Shown here piece after piece: positions 19,338 to 28,749 of a stretch of 36,843 nucleotides of DNA (positions within the stretch are counted from its first letter, which is position 1; the number at the start of each line of letters is the position of its first letter). The stretch spans positions 1 to 36,843 of the forward strand of contig JAHJSW010000001.1 in NCBI GenBank assembly GCA_018830245.1, in the 5' to 3' direction. A model generated the notes under the pieces. The model was not told where the DNA came from, did no database searches, and saw only the letters and a program-made list of their open reading frames with translations. Source of the DNA: Nanobdellota archaeon. Its GTDB lineage: Archaea > Nanobdellota > Nanobdellia > Pacearchaeales > GW2011-AR1. The translations under genes were made by a program, and so were the position numbers.

Positions 19338-19835
19338 ATGAAAAAGAGTGGCCAGATGAAGTTATCTTTTGGTATGATTGTTTCAATTATTCTAATAATT
19401 ATATTTATTGCTTTTGCTTTTTTTGCTATTAAAAAATTTCTTGAAATTCAGGAAGCTGTAAAAATTGGAAAATTCAAAGATAATTTACAGGCAGATGTTG
19501 ATAAAATGTGGGGAGGTCAGCAGGGTTCTCAAGAAAAAGAATATTTTCTTCCAAAAAAAATACAGTATGTTTGTTTTGTAAATTATTTATCTTCAAAAAA
19601 AGGAGAGAACCAAGAATTATATAGTAAATTAAAACAAGTTTATTATGGTGAGGAAAATATGATTTTTTATCCTTTAGGATCTGCACAAAGTTTAGAAGCA
19701 GTAGAATTAAAACATTTAAACATGGAAAAAATAACTAGTGATGAAAACCCGTATTGTATTGCTCCTAAAAATGGAAAAGTTCAGATGAAGATACAAAAAA
19801 AATATGAAGAGGCACTTGTTGAAATAACTCGATAA
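19338..19835 (+). CDS. Class III signal-peptide (pilin-like) protein
   Basis: MKKSG|QMKLSFGMIVSIILII; TTATAAAT about 20 nt upstream. Confidence 0.75.
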   Translation: MKKSGQMKLSFGMIVSIILIIIFIAFAFFAIKKFLEIQEAVKIGKFKDNLQADVDKMWGGQQGSQEKEYFLPKKIQYVCFVNYLSSKKGENQELYSKLKQVYYGEENMIFYPLGSAQSLEAVELKHLNMEKITSDENPYCIAPKNGKVQMKIQKKYEEALVEITR

Positions 19836-19836
19836 A

Positions 19837-20763
19837 ATGTTAGAAAAAAAAGGTTATCTAGAACTCCCTTTTGCCTGGCTTTTTGCAATTGTTGCAGGAG
19901 CATTTATCTTATTTCTTGCAATTTTTTTCGCAACAAAACTAATCAATCTTGAACAAACCAGTATTGATGCTCAGACAGGAAAAGAGATTGGGATATTGCT
20001 TAATCCTCTTGAAACAAGTTTTGAGGCAGGGAAAACAACTTCATTTATAATGCCAGTTGATACAAGAATCTACAATAAATGCAATAATAAAGGAATTTTT
20101 GGGAGACAGATAATCCAAATCTCTCAAAAAAGTTTTAATAAATGGACAGAAACAGATTTAGAAGTTGGTTTCTCAAATAAATACATATTTTCAGAAAATT
20201 ATACAGAAGGGAAGAAATTTTATTTATTTTCCAAACCATTTGAATTCCCCTTTAAAATCTCTGATTTAATTTATATGACTTCTTCAAATAAAATTTACTG
20301 CTTTAAAGATCCTCCTTTAAACATAGAAGAGGAATTAGCTTCATTGAATCAAGGAAATATTAGAATAAATAATTGTTCAGGGGAAAGTATTAAGATTTGC
20401 TTTTCAGGAGGATCTGAATGTGAGGTAGATGTAAACTATGAATATAAATGGGTAATTAGAAATTCAGAAAAAGTATATTTTGAAAAAGATGCACTGATGT
20501 ATGCTGCGATTTTTTCAGATAAGAAAACTTATGAGTGCCAGTTAAAGAGATTAATGCAAAGAGTAAATCAATTAGCGCTATTATATCAGGATAAAGCAGA
20601 TTTTGTTTCAAAAGCAGGATGCGAATCAAATCTAAAACAAGATTTATTAATGTTAAGTAATTCAGCGTCTGATTTTGAAGATTCGTCAAACCTTGGAGTG
20701 CTTGCTATAAATGTTGAATCAATTAAAGACAAAAATAATTTTGCAGATTGTGAGTTATGGTAA
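19837..20763 (+). CDS. Class III signal-peptide-like protein
   Basis: KKG|YLELPFAWLFAIVAG followed by a soluble Cys-containing domain. Confidence 0.7.
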   Translation: MLEKKGYLELPFAWLFAIVAGAFILFLAIFFATKLINLEQTSIDAQTGKEIGILLNPLETSFEAGKTTSFIMPVDTRIYNKCNNKGIFGRQIIQISQKSFNKWTETDLEVGFSNKYIFSENYTEGKKFYLFSKPFEFPFKISDLIYMTSSNKIYCFKDPPLNIEEELASLNQGNIRINNCSGESIKICFSGGSECEVDVNYEYKWVIRNSEKVYFEKDALMYAAIFSDKKTYECQLKRLMQRVNQLALLYQDKADFVSKAGCESNLKQDLLMLSNSASDFEDSSNLGVLAINVESIKDKNNFADCELW

Positions 20764-20764
20764 G

Positions 20765-21283
20765 ATGAAAAATAGAAAAGCACAACTAAAAATAAAGCAA
20801 ATGACATTTATGTTAATTGCTGTCACGCTATTTTTTGCACTAGTTGGAATGTTTGTCTTGGTTATTAAATTTTCAGATATACGAGAAGCTGCAACTGAAC
20901 TTGAAGAGAGGAATGCCATGTTACTTGTTTCAAAGCTTGCTAACTCCCCTGAATTTTCTTGTGGAGGAGCATTTGACACACCTCGGTTAAATTGCATAGA
21001 TGCTGATAAAGTAATGATTTTAAGGCAACACATAGAAAAATACAATGATTTTTGGGGGGTTTCGAATATAGAGATAAGAAAAATTTATCCTGCAGCAAAC
21101 TCTGAAATCTTGTGCACTCTTGAGAATTATCCTAATTGTAATATCATCAGATTACGTTCAAAAGAGATTATTGGAGCAGATTTATCAAATTTTATATCTT
21201 TATGCAGAAAAGAACCTTATGAAGGAGATTATTACAATAAATGTGAACTAGCCAGAATTATGGTGAGTTATGAAGAAAAATGA
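20765..21283 (+). CDS. Class III signal-peptide (pilin-like) protein
   Basis: Start reassigned to ATG 20765: MKNRKA|QLKIKQMTFMLIAV. Confidence 0.7.
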   Translation: MKNRKAQLKIKQMTFMLIAVTLFFALVGMFVLVIKFSDIREAATELEERNAMLLVSKLANSPEFSCGGAFDTPRLNCIDADKVMILRQHIEKYNDFWGVSNIEIRKIYPAANSEILCTLENYPNCNIIRLRSKEIIGADLSNFISLCRKEPYEGDYYNKCELARIMVSYEEK

Positions 21284-21768
21284 GAACAAAAAATAAAAAA
21301 GCACAAGAAGAAATGATTGGTTTTGCGCTAATAATAATCATAGTTGCGGTGATTTTATTAATTTTCTTGGGATTTTCCTTGCGAACTCATCAAAAAGAAC
21401 TTGTAGAGAGTTATGAAGTAGACAGCTTTATTCAATCTTTTTTACAATATACTAGTGATTGCGCAGAAGGTCATGAACCAAATTATGCTTCAATTCAAAA
21501 ACTTATTTTTTTATGCAATAGGAAAGAGAGGTGCACAGATGAAAGAGATAGTTGTGAAGTTTTGAACACTACATTAACTCAAATATTAGAAAAAAGCTGG
21601 GAAATTGTAGATAGACCTACTAAGGGATATGAACTAAATATTAGTTCAGGTAATAAAGATATTATTTTGATTAAAACAGGGAATTTTACTAGAAATTATA
21701 AAGGATCTCAACAAAATTTGATAATTGGGGGAAACCCTTCAGATATAATCTTTGTAGCTTATTATTAA
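21280..21768 (+). CDS. Class III signal-peptide (pilin-like) protein
   Basis: KKA|QEEMIGFALIIIIV; ATGA overlap with the previous gene. Confidence 0.75.
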   Translation: MRTKNKKAQEEMIGFALIIIIVAVILLIFLGFSLRTHQKELVESYEVDSFIQSFLQYTSDCAEGHEPNYASIQKLIFLCNRKERCTDERDSCEVLNTTLTQILEKSWEIVDRPTKGYELNISSGNKDIILIKTGNFTRNYKGSQQNLIIGGNPSDIIFVAYY

Positions 21769-22133
21769 ACTTTTAAATGAATAGTAATAGTATCTACAAT
21801 AATCTCTGGTTTGTGCCGTATTCTATTCTTAGTTTTTTCCTCAATAAGTTCAATAAACCCAAATCTCTCTAAAAGCTTAATATCATCATTTACAGACTTA
21901 AATCCTCGATTTAATTTTTTCGCCAAATCATATATAGATTTTGGATTTTGAGTCTTAATTGTATGCAAAATACGTGCTTTTTCATTGCTTAAAAGCTGCC
22001 TCAAGGCCAAAACTCCAGAAAAATCATAGTCTTTTTTAGAGATTCCTGATTTTTTGAAAATAGAAAATGTTCCTTTTGATTCTTTAATTGTAATTTCTCG
22101 TGTCTTTTTCTTAACCATCTTGTTTTTATACAC
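21765..22133 (-). CDS. Winged-HTH transcriptional regulator (HVO_A0114-like); start may be ATG 22118
   Basis: P.SIYDLAKKLNRGFKSVNDDIKLLERFGFIEL HTH pattern. Confidence 0.8.
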   Translation of the reverse strand: MYKNKMVKKKTREITIKESKGTFSIFKKSGISKKDYDFSGVLALRQLLSNEKARILHTIKTQNPKSIYDLAKKLNRGFKSVNDDIKLLERFGFIELIEEKTKNRIRHKPEIIVDTITIHLKV

Positions 22134-22345
22134 AGAGTTTTATCATATAGAGATATAAAAATATATCTTTAATATATCTATTTTATTAATATATATGTTA
22201 TTTAATATTACCCTATATTAATAAACCTTTTGGAAAGATAATAAGTTTAGTAGTGTATTCCAATTTAGTAATAACACAACATTTATAAACAAAACCATCA
22301 AAAATAGTGTTTTTAGTAAAGAGCGTTGAAGAAGAAACCGTAATC

Positions 22346-22353
22346 TTTTTAAA
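22346..22353 (+). promoter_or_regulatory. Putative TATA box of the S-layer gene
   Basis: TTTTTAAA with a purine-rich BRE-like run upstream, about 22 nt before the first leader hairpin. Confidence 0.45.
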
Positions 22354-22371
22354 CAAAATCGATTTTTGAGA

Positions 22372-22496
22372 TATACCCGCAAGGGTTCTATAGGGAATTA
22401 AATCATGCTCGTCTCAATACAATGGTCTCCCCTATGACTATTAGATTGAGGAGGGAGTTGTCATAGACAACAATTATCATACAAATGAAAGGAGGT
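22372..22496 (+). ncRNA. Structured 5' leader of the S-layer mRNA (candidate cis-regulatory RNA)
   Basis: GCAA-tetraloop hairpin, nested stem-loop with possible pseudoknot, GTTGTC-ATA-GACAAC hairpin, then GGAGGT SD. Confidence 0.5.
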
Positions 22497-22510
22497 TGAA
22501 AAGAAAAGAA

Positions 22511-24910
22511 ATGAAATTTAGTTTTAAAAAAATATCTGCTATAGCAACTAGTGCATTAATGTTAGGTATGAGTGCTGGTGTCGCTGTTGCAGCAAGCTAT
22601 CCAGAACCTTTTATTTCTGGAGGAAGTGCAAATGTAGCTATTGTTTATGGTACAGGGGCAGGGGTTTCTGCTCTAGATCTTGTTCAAGCCGGAAACATAC
22701 AGTCTAATTTGCAATCTAATCTTGGTTCAGCAGGAACTACTGTAACTAGTGGTTCTGTCACTGGAGGAGATAGTGTTAAATTCGAAAAATCTTCAACAAA
22801 ATTCCAATTAGGAAAGGGGATTACAGATATTATCTCAACTTCTATTACTGATGATAGTCCTGGAGAAGGACTTAAAGTTCTTTTAGCTGATGGGAAATAT
22901 GTGGATGATGATAATGACGAAAAAGACTATACTCAAAAGATTGATATGGCTAACTTAACATTAGGTATGTTTGATGATGATGACTATAAACCAGACACCC
23001 CTACAATTGGCTTTAGAGTTACTAGCGCATCTCAGGTATTAAATTATACCTTAGATTTTACTGATGAACCAGAGTGGGCAGACTTAACATCAACAAATAT
23101 TGAAATTATGGGAAAAACATATTTCATATTGAGTGTTACAGCAAACACAACAATAAATCTTCTTGACTCAGCAAATACTGCAACAGTATCAGAAGGTGAA
23201 ACCGCAAGTGTTACTGTAGAAGGAACAACCTATGAAGTTTCTATCCAGTATATTAGTTCTACAGAAGTAAAACTAACAATTAATGGAGAGAATACAAATA
23301 GTCTGCAAGAGTCGCATACTCAAAAATTGAAGAATGGGGCTTATGTTGGTATCAAAGACATTATGCATGATTCAAAAACAGGAAGTGTGAGTAGTGTAGA
23401 GTTTAGTATTGGAACAGGAAAATTAATTCTTAAGGATGCTACTGATGTTGAGATTAACGATGCATCTGTGTCTAATATGAAAACATATATTACTACAACA
23501 AGTTCGTCTACTCCTACAATTAGCAAAATTGTAATTGAATGGAAAGCAGATGATGAATTATTTATAGCGCCAGACAGTGAGGTTACAATGCCAGGGTTTG
23601 GAGCAGTAAAATTGTCCTTTAGTGGGATGTTATACCCTAAAGAAGAAGTAATTACTGTTAAAGGAGGAAGTACTACTTATGCCGTACTTGAAAATTTCCC
23701 TATGAAAGATGGTTCAGTAGATATAAACATTCTTTACGGAAATAGTAGTGATTGGACAGGAATTGGAAAAGATTCTACTCATCTACTAAGAACAGATGTT
23801 GATTCAGACATAACATTTGACAAAGACACTGATGAATATTTTGTAGCTTCTTTTAATGATGGAAGTAATGCAGAATCTTATTTAATGAGGGCTACTGATT
23901 TCGGGCAGATTGGAACTACTACTGCAAACAGAACTGATATTCAGTATCGGAAAGATGGTGTTTGGACAACAATAAAAGACGATGCTAAATTAGCAGATGT
24001 TGTCACAATCGGGAATGTCCAATTAACTATTGGAGCAATTAAGAGATCTGCAGAAAATACTGTTGTCCTTACAGCAGGAACAAGTTGTAACTTTCATACA
24101 GCTTATTCAAAAGAAGGCTTAGAAGTTTTCTTACCATATGCTGCTGATGCTGGACCAGCTACTGCTAGACCAGGTGCGCTTAACACAACTAATGTAACTC
24201 ATGGAGGAACTGCTACCACTTTTGACTTAATCTTTAGTGAAGAAGACAAAAATGGAAATATTGGTGATGGAGGAAACATTACTGCAGTTCTTGGATGGAA
24301 TTCTGCCACAACTAAAGAAGCTTATGTAAGCGATGTTGGAAACGAATCAGTTACATTTGCTGAAGATGGAGACAGCACTAAAAAATGGCTAAGTTATAAA
24401 TATGGTGCACTTGCTTCTAAATTGTTGTGGGATAAAACAGGAGACCAGTATGAACTCCAGATAACATATCATGGAGATGAATCATATGGAGAAGTTTACT
24501 TAACTGCTCCTCTTGCAACTGTTTCAGCAGGAACAACTTCAACAACTACTGCAACTCAACTTGGAGATGTATTAGTAAAAGATAGTGAAGTTAGCTCTGT
24601 AAGTTCAAAGAACTTAATTATTGTTGGTGGAAGCTGTATTAATTCAGCTGCTGCTAAAGTATTAGGTGGAACTTATTGTGGTGCAGGATTCACAGAAGCA
24701 ACTGGTGTCGGAGCAGGAGAATTCCTAATCCAGAGTGTAGGCGATGCTTATTCAACTGGAAAAATCGCATTAGTTGTTGCTGGTTATGAAGCTGCAGACA
24801 CTGTAAATGCTGCTACATATCTAAGAACTCAAACAGTTGACACAACTGCAGGTAAGAAATACAAAGGTACTTCATCTACTAGTGCAGAACTTGTTACAAC
24901 AACAGTGTAA
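22511..24910 (+). CDS. S-layer protein (Methanococcus-type N- and C-terminal domains)
   Basis: MKFSFKKISAIA signal; AIVYG.GA...D...A..I at the N-terminus; NLIIVGG.CINS.A and LVVAG..AADT..AA..L at the C-terminus; many NxS/T sequons. Confidence 0.85.
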   Translation: MKFSFKKISAIATSALMLGMSAGVAVAASYPEPFISGGSANVAIVYGTGAGVSALDLVQAGNIQSNLQSNLGSAGTTVTSGSVTGGDSVKFEKSSTKFQLGKGITDIISTSITDDSPGEGLKVLLADGKYVDDDNDEKDYTQKIDMANLTLGMFDDDDYKPDTPTIGFRVTSASQVLNYTLDFTDEPEWADLTSTNIEIMGKTYFILSVTANTTINLLDSANTATVSEGETASVTVEGTTYEVSIQYISSTEVKLTINGENTNSLQESHTQKLKNGAYVGIKDIMHDSKTGSVSSVEFSIGTGKLILKDATDVEINDASVSNMKTYITTTSSSTPTISKIVIEWKADDELFIAPDSEVTMPGFGAVKLSFSGMLYPKEEVITVKGGSTTYAVLENFPMKDGSVDINILYGNSSDWTGIGKDSTHLLRTDVDSDITFDKDTDEYFVASFNDGSNAESYLMRATDFGQIGTTTANRTDIQYRKDGVWTTIKDDAKLADVVTIGNVQLTIGAIKRSAENTVVLTAGTSCNFHTAYSKEGLEVFLPYAADAGPATARPGALNTTNVTHGGTATTFDLIFSEEDKNGNIGDGGNITAVLGWNSATTKEAYVSDVGNESVTFAEDGDSTKKWLSYKYGALASKLLWDKTGDQYELQITYHGDESYGEVYLTAPLATVSAGTTSTTTATQLGDVLVKDSEVSSVSSKNLIIVGGSCINSAAAKVLGGTYCGAGFTEATGVGAGEFLIQSVGDAYSTGKIALVVAGYEAADTVNAATYLRTQTVDTTAGKKYKGTSSTSAELVTTTV

Positions 24911-24920
24911 GTCAAAAAAA

Positions 24921-24953
24921 TAATTTTTTATTTTTTCCTTTTTCTTTTTTTTT
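24921..24953 (+). terminator. Oligo-T archaeal terminator
   Basis: Long T-tract immediately after the S-layer stop codon. Confidence 0.65.
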
Positions 24954-25014
24954 AACTGATGGCTAGAGCTGTGCAAAAGCAAAGTTTTATATTAGGAAAA
25001 AAATTGTTTTTAAA

Positions 25015-25658
25015 ATGAACCTCTGCGGACTGAAGTCCGCAGTTTCCAAATCATGTTCAACCAATGAGAGAGGGACCATGGTGTTCCTCTTGATGTAAAA
25101 CATAGGAGATAGTAAAGTCCAAATCAGTGAAACCAACTGAGGCTATGAACTTTCCTTTAGACCAAAGATGTCGTCGAGGATATCTTAATTTAGCTTTAGG
25201 GTGAAACCTAAAGAAAAGGTATGAGGAAGCTCCCTTAATAAGTTGGACAAGTTTGCTTGGATTAACACTAACCTTGGTTTTAACAACCATATGGACATGC
25301 TCAGGCATAACATTGATTGTTATTATCTTGATATTATGTTTGGTACAAGTTTGTCTTATACAAGCTTGGATTAAATTTTTATATTTAATCTTACTAAACA
25401 TCTTATACCTATACTTAGTACAAAACTGGATGTGCCAAAAAGCAATACCAACCGAGTGATTGTTTCGATCATAAAGTTTCATAAAACTTATGCTCATGTT
25501 CAACTCCAGAATAAAGCTCACGCTAAATTCGTAATTTAGTTCATAGAGCCTAGTATCTAGGCTCTTCATAATCATGAATCAAGAAATAAATAAATTTAGG
25601 AGAAGGAAGGGATGCAATTCCCCTACTAGCTAAAGCTAGTAGTATCCTTGCAACTTAA
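25015..25658 (-). mobile_element. IS200/IS605-family element 1 (tnpA only, 644 bp)
   Basis: Left-end hairpin 25623-25642 with GATA guide; right-end hairpin 25023-25042 with GAAA guide; ends in TCAT; outside TCAT target is the host ATGA at 25659-25662. Confidence 0.85.
25057..25497 (-). CDS. tnpA: Y1 HUH transposase TnpA
   Basis: WHIQFCTKYR, EHVHM (HUH), KGASS, LWSKGKF..SVG and catalytic Y...Q; start set at ATG 25497 with GGAG 6 nt upstream. Confidence 0.92.
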   Translation of the reverse strand: MSISFMKLYDRNNHSVGIAFWHIQFCTKYRYKMFSKIKYKNLIQACIRQTCTKHNIKIITINVMPEHVHMVVKTKVSVNPSKLVQLIKGASSYLFFRFHPKAKLRYPRRHLWSKGKFIASVGFTDLDFTISYVLHQEEHHGPSLIG

Positions 25659-26219
25659 ATGAAAAAAATTACTGAAAAAAGAAAAAATGAGAAAAGAAAT
25701 CAGCTGATTCTAGGACTCATCTTAATAAGTGTTATGTTTTTGAGTGTTTTGGGATATGCTTTAAGGGAAGAAGAGGAGAGTGAGGAAGAAAAAGTTATTT
25801 ACAATAATTTTGAATTTGAAAAAAATAATGACTTCTGGTACTTAAGTGTAGAAAATTTTAATTTTGTTTTTAAGAATAATCCTTTTCAAATAGAAGAAAT
25901 TCCAGCTCAATTAAAAGGGCTGAATAATTACAAAGGAAAACCATTATATATTTATTCAGAAGAGGACGAAGCGAGTTCAGAAATCTATATAAATCTAAAC
26001 CAATTGATACAAAGAATGCAATTTGCTTGCCTAGAAAGTTTAGAAAATTGTGAGGAAAATTCTCCTACAAAAACCTGTGAAGATAATTTTATTATAATAA
26101 GAGTTAATAATAATACTCGAATTGTTCAGGAAGAAAATTGTGTATTTATACAAGGGAAAAAAGAAGAGATTGTAGGATTAGTTGATGAATTTTTATTTAA
26201 AATAATTGGAGTGAGATAA
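25659..26219 (+). CDS. Membrane-anchored hypothetical protein
   Basis: Basic N-terminus, single TM, YNNFEF...W and Cys-containing domain; loosely similar to the next gene. Confidence 0.65.
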   Translation: MKKITEKRKNEKRNQLILGLILISVMFLSVLGYALREEEESEEEKVIYNNFEFEKNNDFWYLSVENFNFVFKNNPFQIEEIPAQLKGLNNYKGKPLYIYSEEDEASSEIYINLNQLIQRMQFACLESLENCEENSPTKTCEDNFIIIRVNNNTRIVQEENCVFIQGKKEEIVGLVDEFLFKIIGVR

Positions 26220-26221
26220 AA

Positions 26222-26938
26222 ATGAAAAAAGAGAGAAAAAAAGTTAAAGAAATTTTCAAGATAGAAAAAAAAGGTGAAGAAAAAATTAAAAAAACTTCTG
26301 GAATTGAAAGAGAGGAAAAAATTGATGCGAAAAAATTAAAAAAACAAATTCAAAAAGAAAACAAAATACTAAGAAACTTTCTTATCGTCATTGGAGCGAT
26401 AATTGTTTTTATTGCTTGTTTTTTCTTTATTTCATATCAAATAAGAAATTTTGAATACAAAGAAGTCAAATTTAAGATAGTAAAAGAAAAGAATTTAATA
26501 TTCTATAAAACTTCATTTCCTCTTTACTCTCAAGAAGGTGTGCATACAGCAGATTATAATTTTTTTATAAGAAACGACCCTAGAAAATTAGGAGAAGAAG
26601 TTCCTTTCAAAGGACAGTTATTTTTATTAGAAAATTTTGTAATTAATATGAGTGAAGAATTTCATTGTGAAGGAGATGGAATGATTGCAATAGCAAACAT
26701 GATAAAACCTCTAGAAGTTTTAGGAGCTAAAGTGATAAAAGATGAAAATGCTTCTTGCGATGTTTCAGGAAGATACATCTTCTTACAAATACAATCAGGA
26801 AATGAAACCGAAATAAAGCAAGTCGCCCCTTCTTGTTATAATCTATATGTTAAAGATTGCGAAATTTTAAAGGTGACAGAAAGATTAATGCTTGAAACAT
26901 TTATTGAATTTACAAAAGCTCAAGAAAAGTTAAATTAA
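26222..26938 (+). CDS. Membrane-anchored hypothetical protein
   Basis: Lys/Glu-rich N-terminus, [14 protein letters not shown] and Cys-containing C-terminal domain. Confidence 0.65.
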   Translation: MKKERKKVKEIFKIEKKGEEKIKKTSGIEREEKIDAKKLKKQIQKENKILRNFLIVIGAIIVFIACFFFISYQIRNFEYKEVKFKIVKEKNLIFYKTSFPLYSQEGVHTADYNFFIRNDPRKLGEEVPFKGQLFLLENFVINMSEEFHCEGDGMIAIANMIKPLEVLGAKVIKDENASCDVSGRYIFLQIQSGNETEIKQVAPSCYNLYVKDCEILKVTERLMLETFIEFTKAQEKLN

Positions 26939-27558
26939 TTTTTTCTTTTTTTTAGTAAGAGGTAAATTATTATAATAATTAAAGATAACAAAAGTAAAAG
27001 AAGTATGAGAATATTCTTGTTTCCATCTATCCACTCAGTGCTTCCTCCAAATAAATATCCTACATAAATGAGAATTACTGTCCAAATACCTGCCCCAAGA
27101 CAAGTATAAAAACAAAATTTAACGAAATTCATCCTCGAGAATCCAGCAGGAAGCGAGATTAACTGCCGAACTACTGGAATTAACCTTCCTATAAAAGTTG
27201 TTATCTCCCCGTGTTTTTGAAAATACTTGTCTGATTTTTGTAATTTTTCCTTGTTTATAAGAAAAAATTTCCCATATTTTGAAACTAATAAATCAACTGT
27301 TTTTCTTCCAAGATATAATGCTAAAAAAAAGTTAACTAATGCTCCGACTAAACTTCCGAGTAATCCTGACAAAAACACTAAAAAAAAGGACATCTCTCCT
27401 TTTGCGACTAGTGCTCCTGCAGGTATAAGCACGATTTCACTTGGGAAAGGGAAAAAAGAGCTTTCTACAGTCATCCCAATAAAAATTCCTATATATCCTG
27501 CCTCTTTTATGATTAACAATAAAGTACTTATCAATTGATGGAATAGTTCTAAAATCAT
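26935..27558 (-). CDS. dedA: DedA-family membrane protein
   Basis: [14 protein letters not shown]...[17 protein letters not shown] motifs. Confidence 0.92.
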   Translation of the reverse strand: MILELFHQLISTLLLIIKEAGYIGIFIGMTVESSFFPFPSEIVLIPAGALVAKGEMSFFLVFLSGLLGSLVGALVNFFLALYLGRKTVDLLVSKYGKFFLINKEKLQKSDKYFQKHGEITTFIGRLIPVVRQLISLPAGFSRMNFVKFCFYTCLGAGIWTVILIYVGYLFGGSTEWIDGNKNILILLLLLLSLIIIIIYLLLKKRKN

Positions 27559-28094
27559 TTTCTTTTTAAAAGAGAATTTTTATATAAAAATTTTAAATCT
27601 GAATAAAAAGGGATATCTTTTATTTTAAAAATTTTGACTTGAGCAAACCAGATTATTACTACAAAAAGTGTGCTTCCAAAATACCAGAATAATTTATGAG
27701 TAATATCAAAAAAAGAAGAATTTGAGATAAACATCAGACTAAGTAGAAAAATTCTAATTAGATTAAGCACGAGGAAAGATAGAAAAGAAAGAACAATTAA
27801 TTTCAGACGTTTCTTAAGGTTAATTTTAGGGGTAGCTAAATTTAGTATCAAAAGGAGATAATAAGCTGCGCCTGCAATGCATGCTCCAACTATCTCAATA
27901 GGAAAACAGCTTGAAACAGTTATTAAATTTTCATTTAGATTAGCATCAAAAAAAAGATTTATCAAAAAATGAGAAGGGTAAAGAGTAAGAACATTAAATA
28001 AAGAATACAAAAGATTTAAACCAAAAAACCCTGTTAAGACCAGAAAAGAATATCTAAATAAAATGTCTAAAAATTCCCTGGATTTTTTCTTCAT
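27555..28094 (-). CDS. Archaeosortase/exosortase-family protein (pacearchaeosortase-like)
   Basis: Multi-TM protein with the Cys-Arg-His triad: [22 protein letters not shown]. Confidence 0.8.
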   Translation of the reverse strand: MKKKSREFLDILFRYSFLVLTGFFGLNLLYSLFNVLTLYPSHFLINLFFDANLNENLITVSSCFPIEIVGACIAGAAYYLLLILNLATPKINLKKRLKLIVLSFLSFLVLNLIRIFLLSLMFISNSSFFDITHKLFWYFGSTLFVVIIWFAQVKIFKIKDIPFYSDLKFLYKNSLLKRK

Positions 28095-28143
28095 TATTCC
28101 CTAAGTGGAAATGTATTTAAATAATTTAATGTTATTGATTAAA

Positions 28144-28731
28144 ATGAAAAAGAATAATCTAATAATTTTAACTCTTTTGCCTATTTTATTTGCATTAATA
28201 AGTTTTTACTATGATTCTAAGATTATTTACGGAGTATCTTTAATACAAAATAACTTTTTAAATTATTTTTTTATAGGAATTACTTATCTAAGTTCAAAGA
28301 TAATAATTTTCTTTTTACTGACTGGCCTTTTTTTACTTTATTCAGAAAAAAGAACGTGGATAATTCCATTATGGTTTTCTTTAGCATTATCAGTTTTAGT
28401 TAGTTTCTTATTAAAAATCACTGTGCAAAGATCAAGACCATATCAACAAGAGTTAATTTCAGCACTCTCTATGTTAAAAGAAAACAGTCATTTAATTTGG
28501 GATTTTTCATTTCCCTCATTTAGTGCAATGTTTGTTTTTTGTGCGATTCCTTTTATATCTAAAGAATTTCCGAGATTCAAATATATATGGATAATATTTG
28601 CAATTTTAGTTGCTTTTTCTAGAGTTTACCTTGGATTGCACTTCCTAAGTGATGTGATAATTGGTGGAACAATCGGATATTTGATTGGAATGATAATAGT
28701 AAGAAAAAGTTATAAGAGAAAACAAGATTAA
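28144..28731 (+). CDS. PAP2-family membrane phosphatase (degenerate motif 2)
   Basis: K....R.RP, SFPSFS (canonical PSGH), SRVYLGLHFLSDV; start set at ATG 28144. Confidence 0.8.
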   Translation: MKKNNLIILTLLPILFALISFYYDSKIIYGVSLIQNNFLNYFFIGITYLSSKIIIFFLLTGLFLLYSEKRTWIIPLWFSLALSVLVSFLLKITVQRSRPYQQELISALSMLKENSHLIWDFSFPSFSAMFVFCAIPFISKEFPRFKYIWIIFAILVAFSRVYLGLHFLSDVIIGGTIGYLIGMIIVRKSYKRKQD

Positions 28732-28749
28732 AATTAAAACTTTTTAGTT

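Noticed and set aside
22496-22510. TTG start for the S-layer gene
   Set aside because: It overlaps the GGAGGT SD itself; ATG 22511 gives a normal signal peptide, though SD spacing is long.
25498-25575. N-terminal extension of TnpA 1
   Set aside because: Runs through the conserved non-coding hairpins; the SD and the length of TnpA 2 favour ATG 25497.
25015-25662. TCAT/ATGA at both IS ends read as a target-site duplication
   Set aside because: Y1 HUH elements do not make TSDs; identical left and right cleavage sites follow from the near-identical guides.
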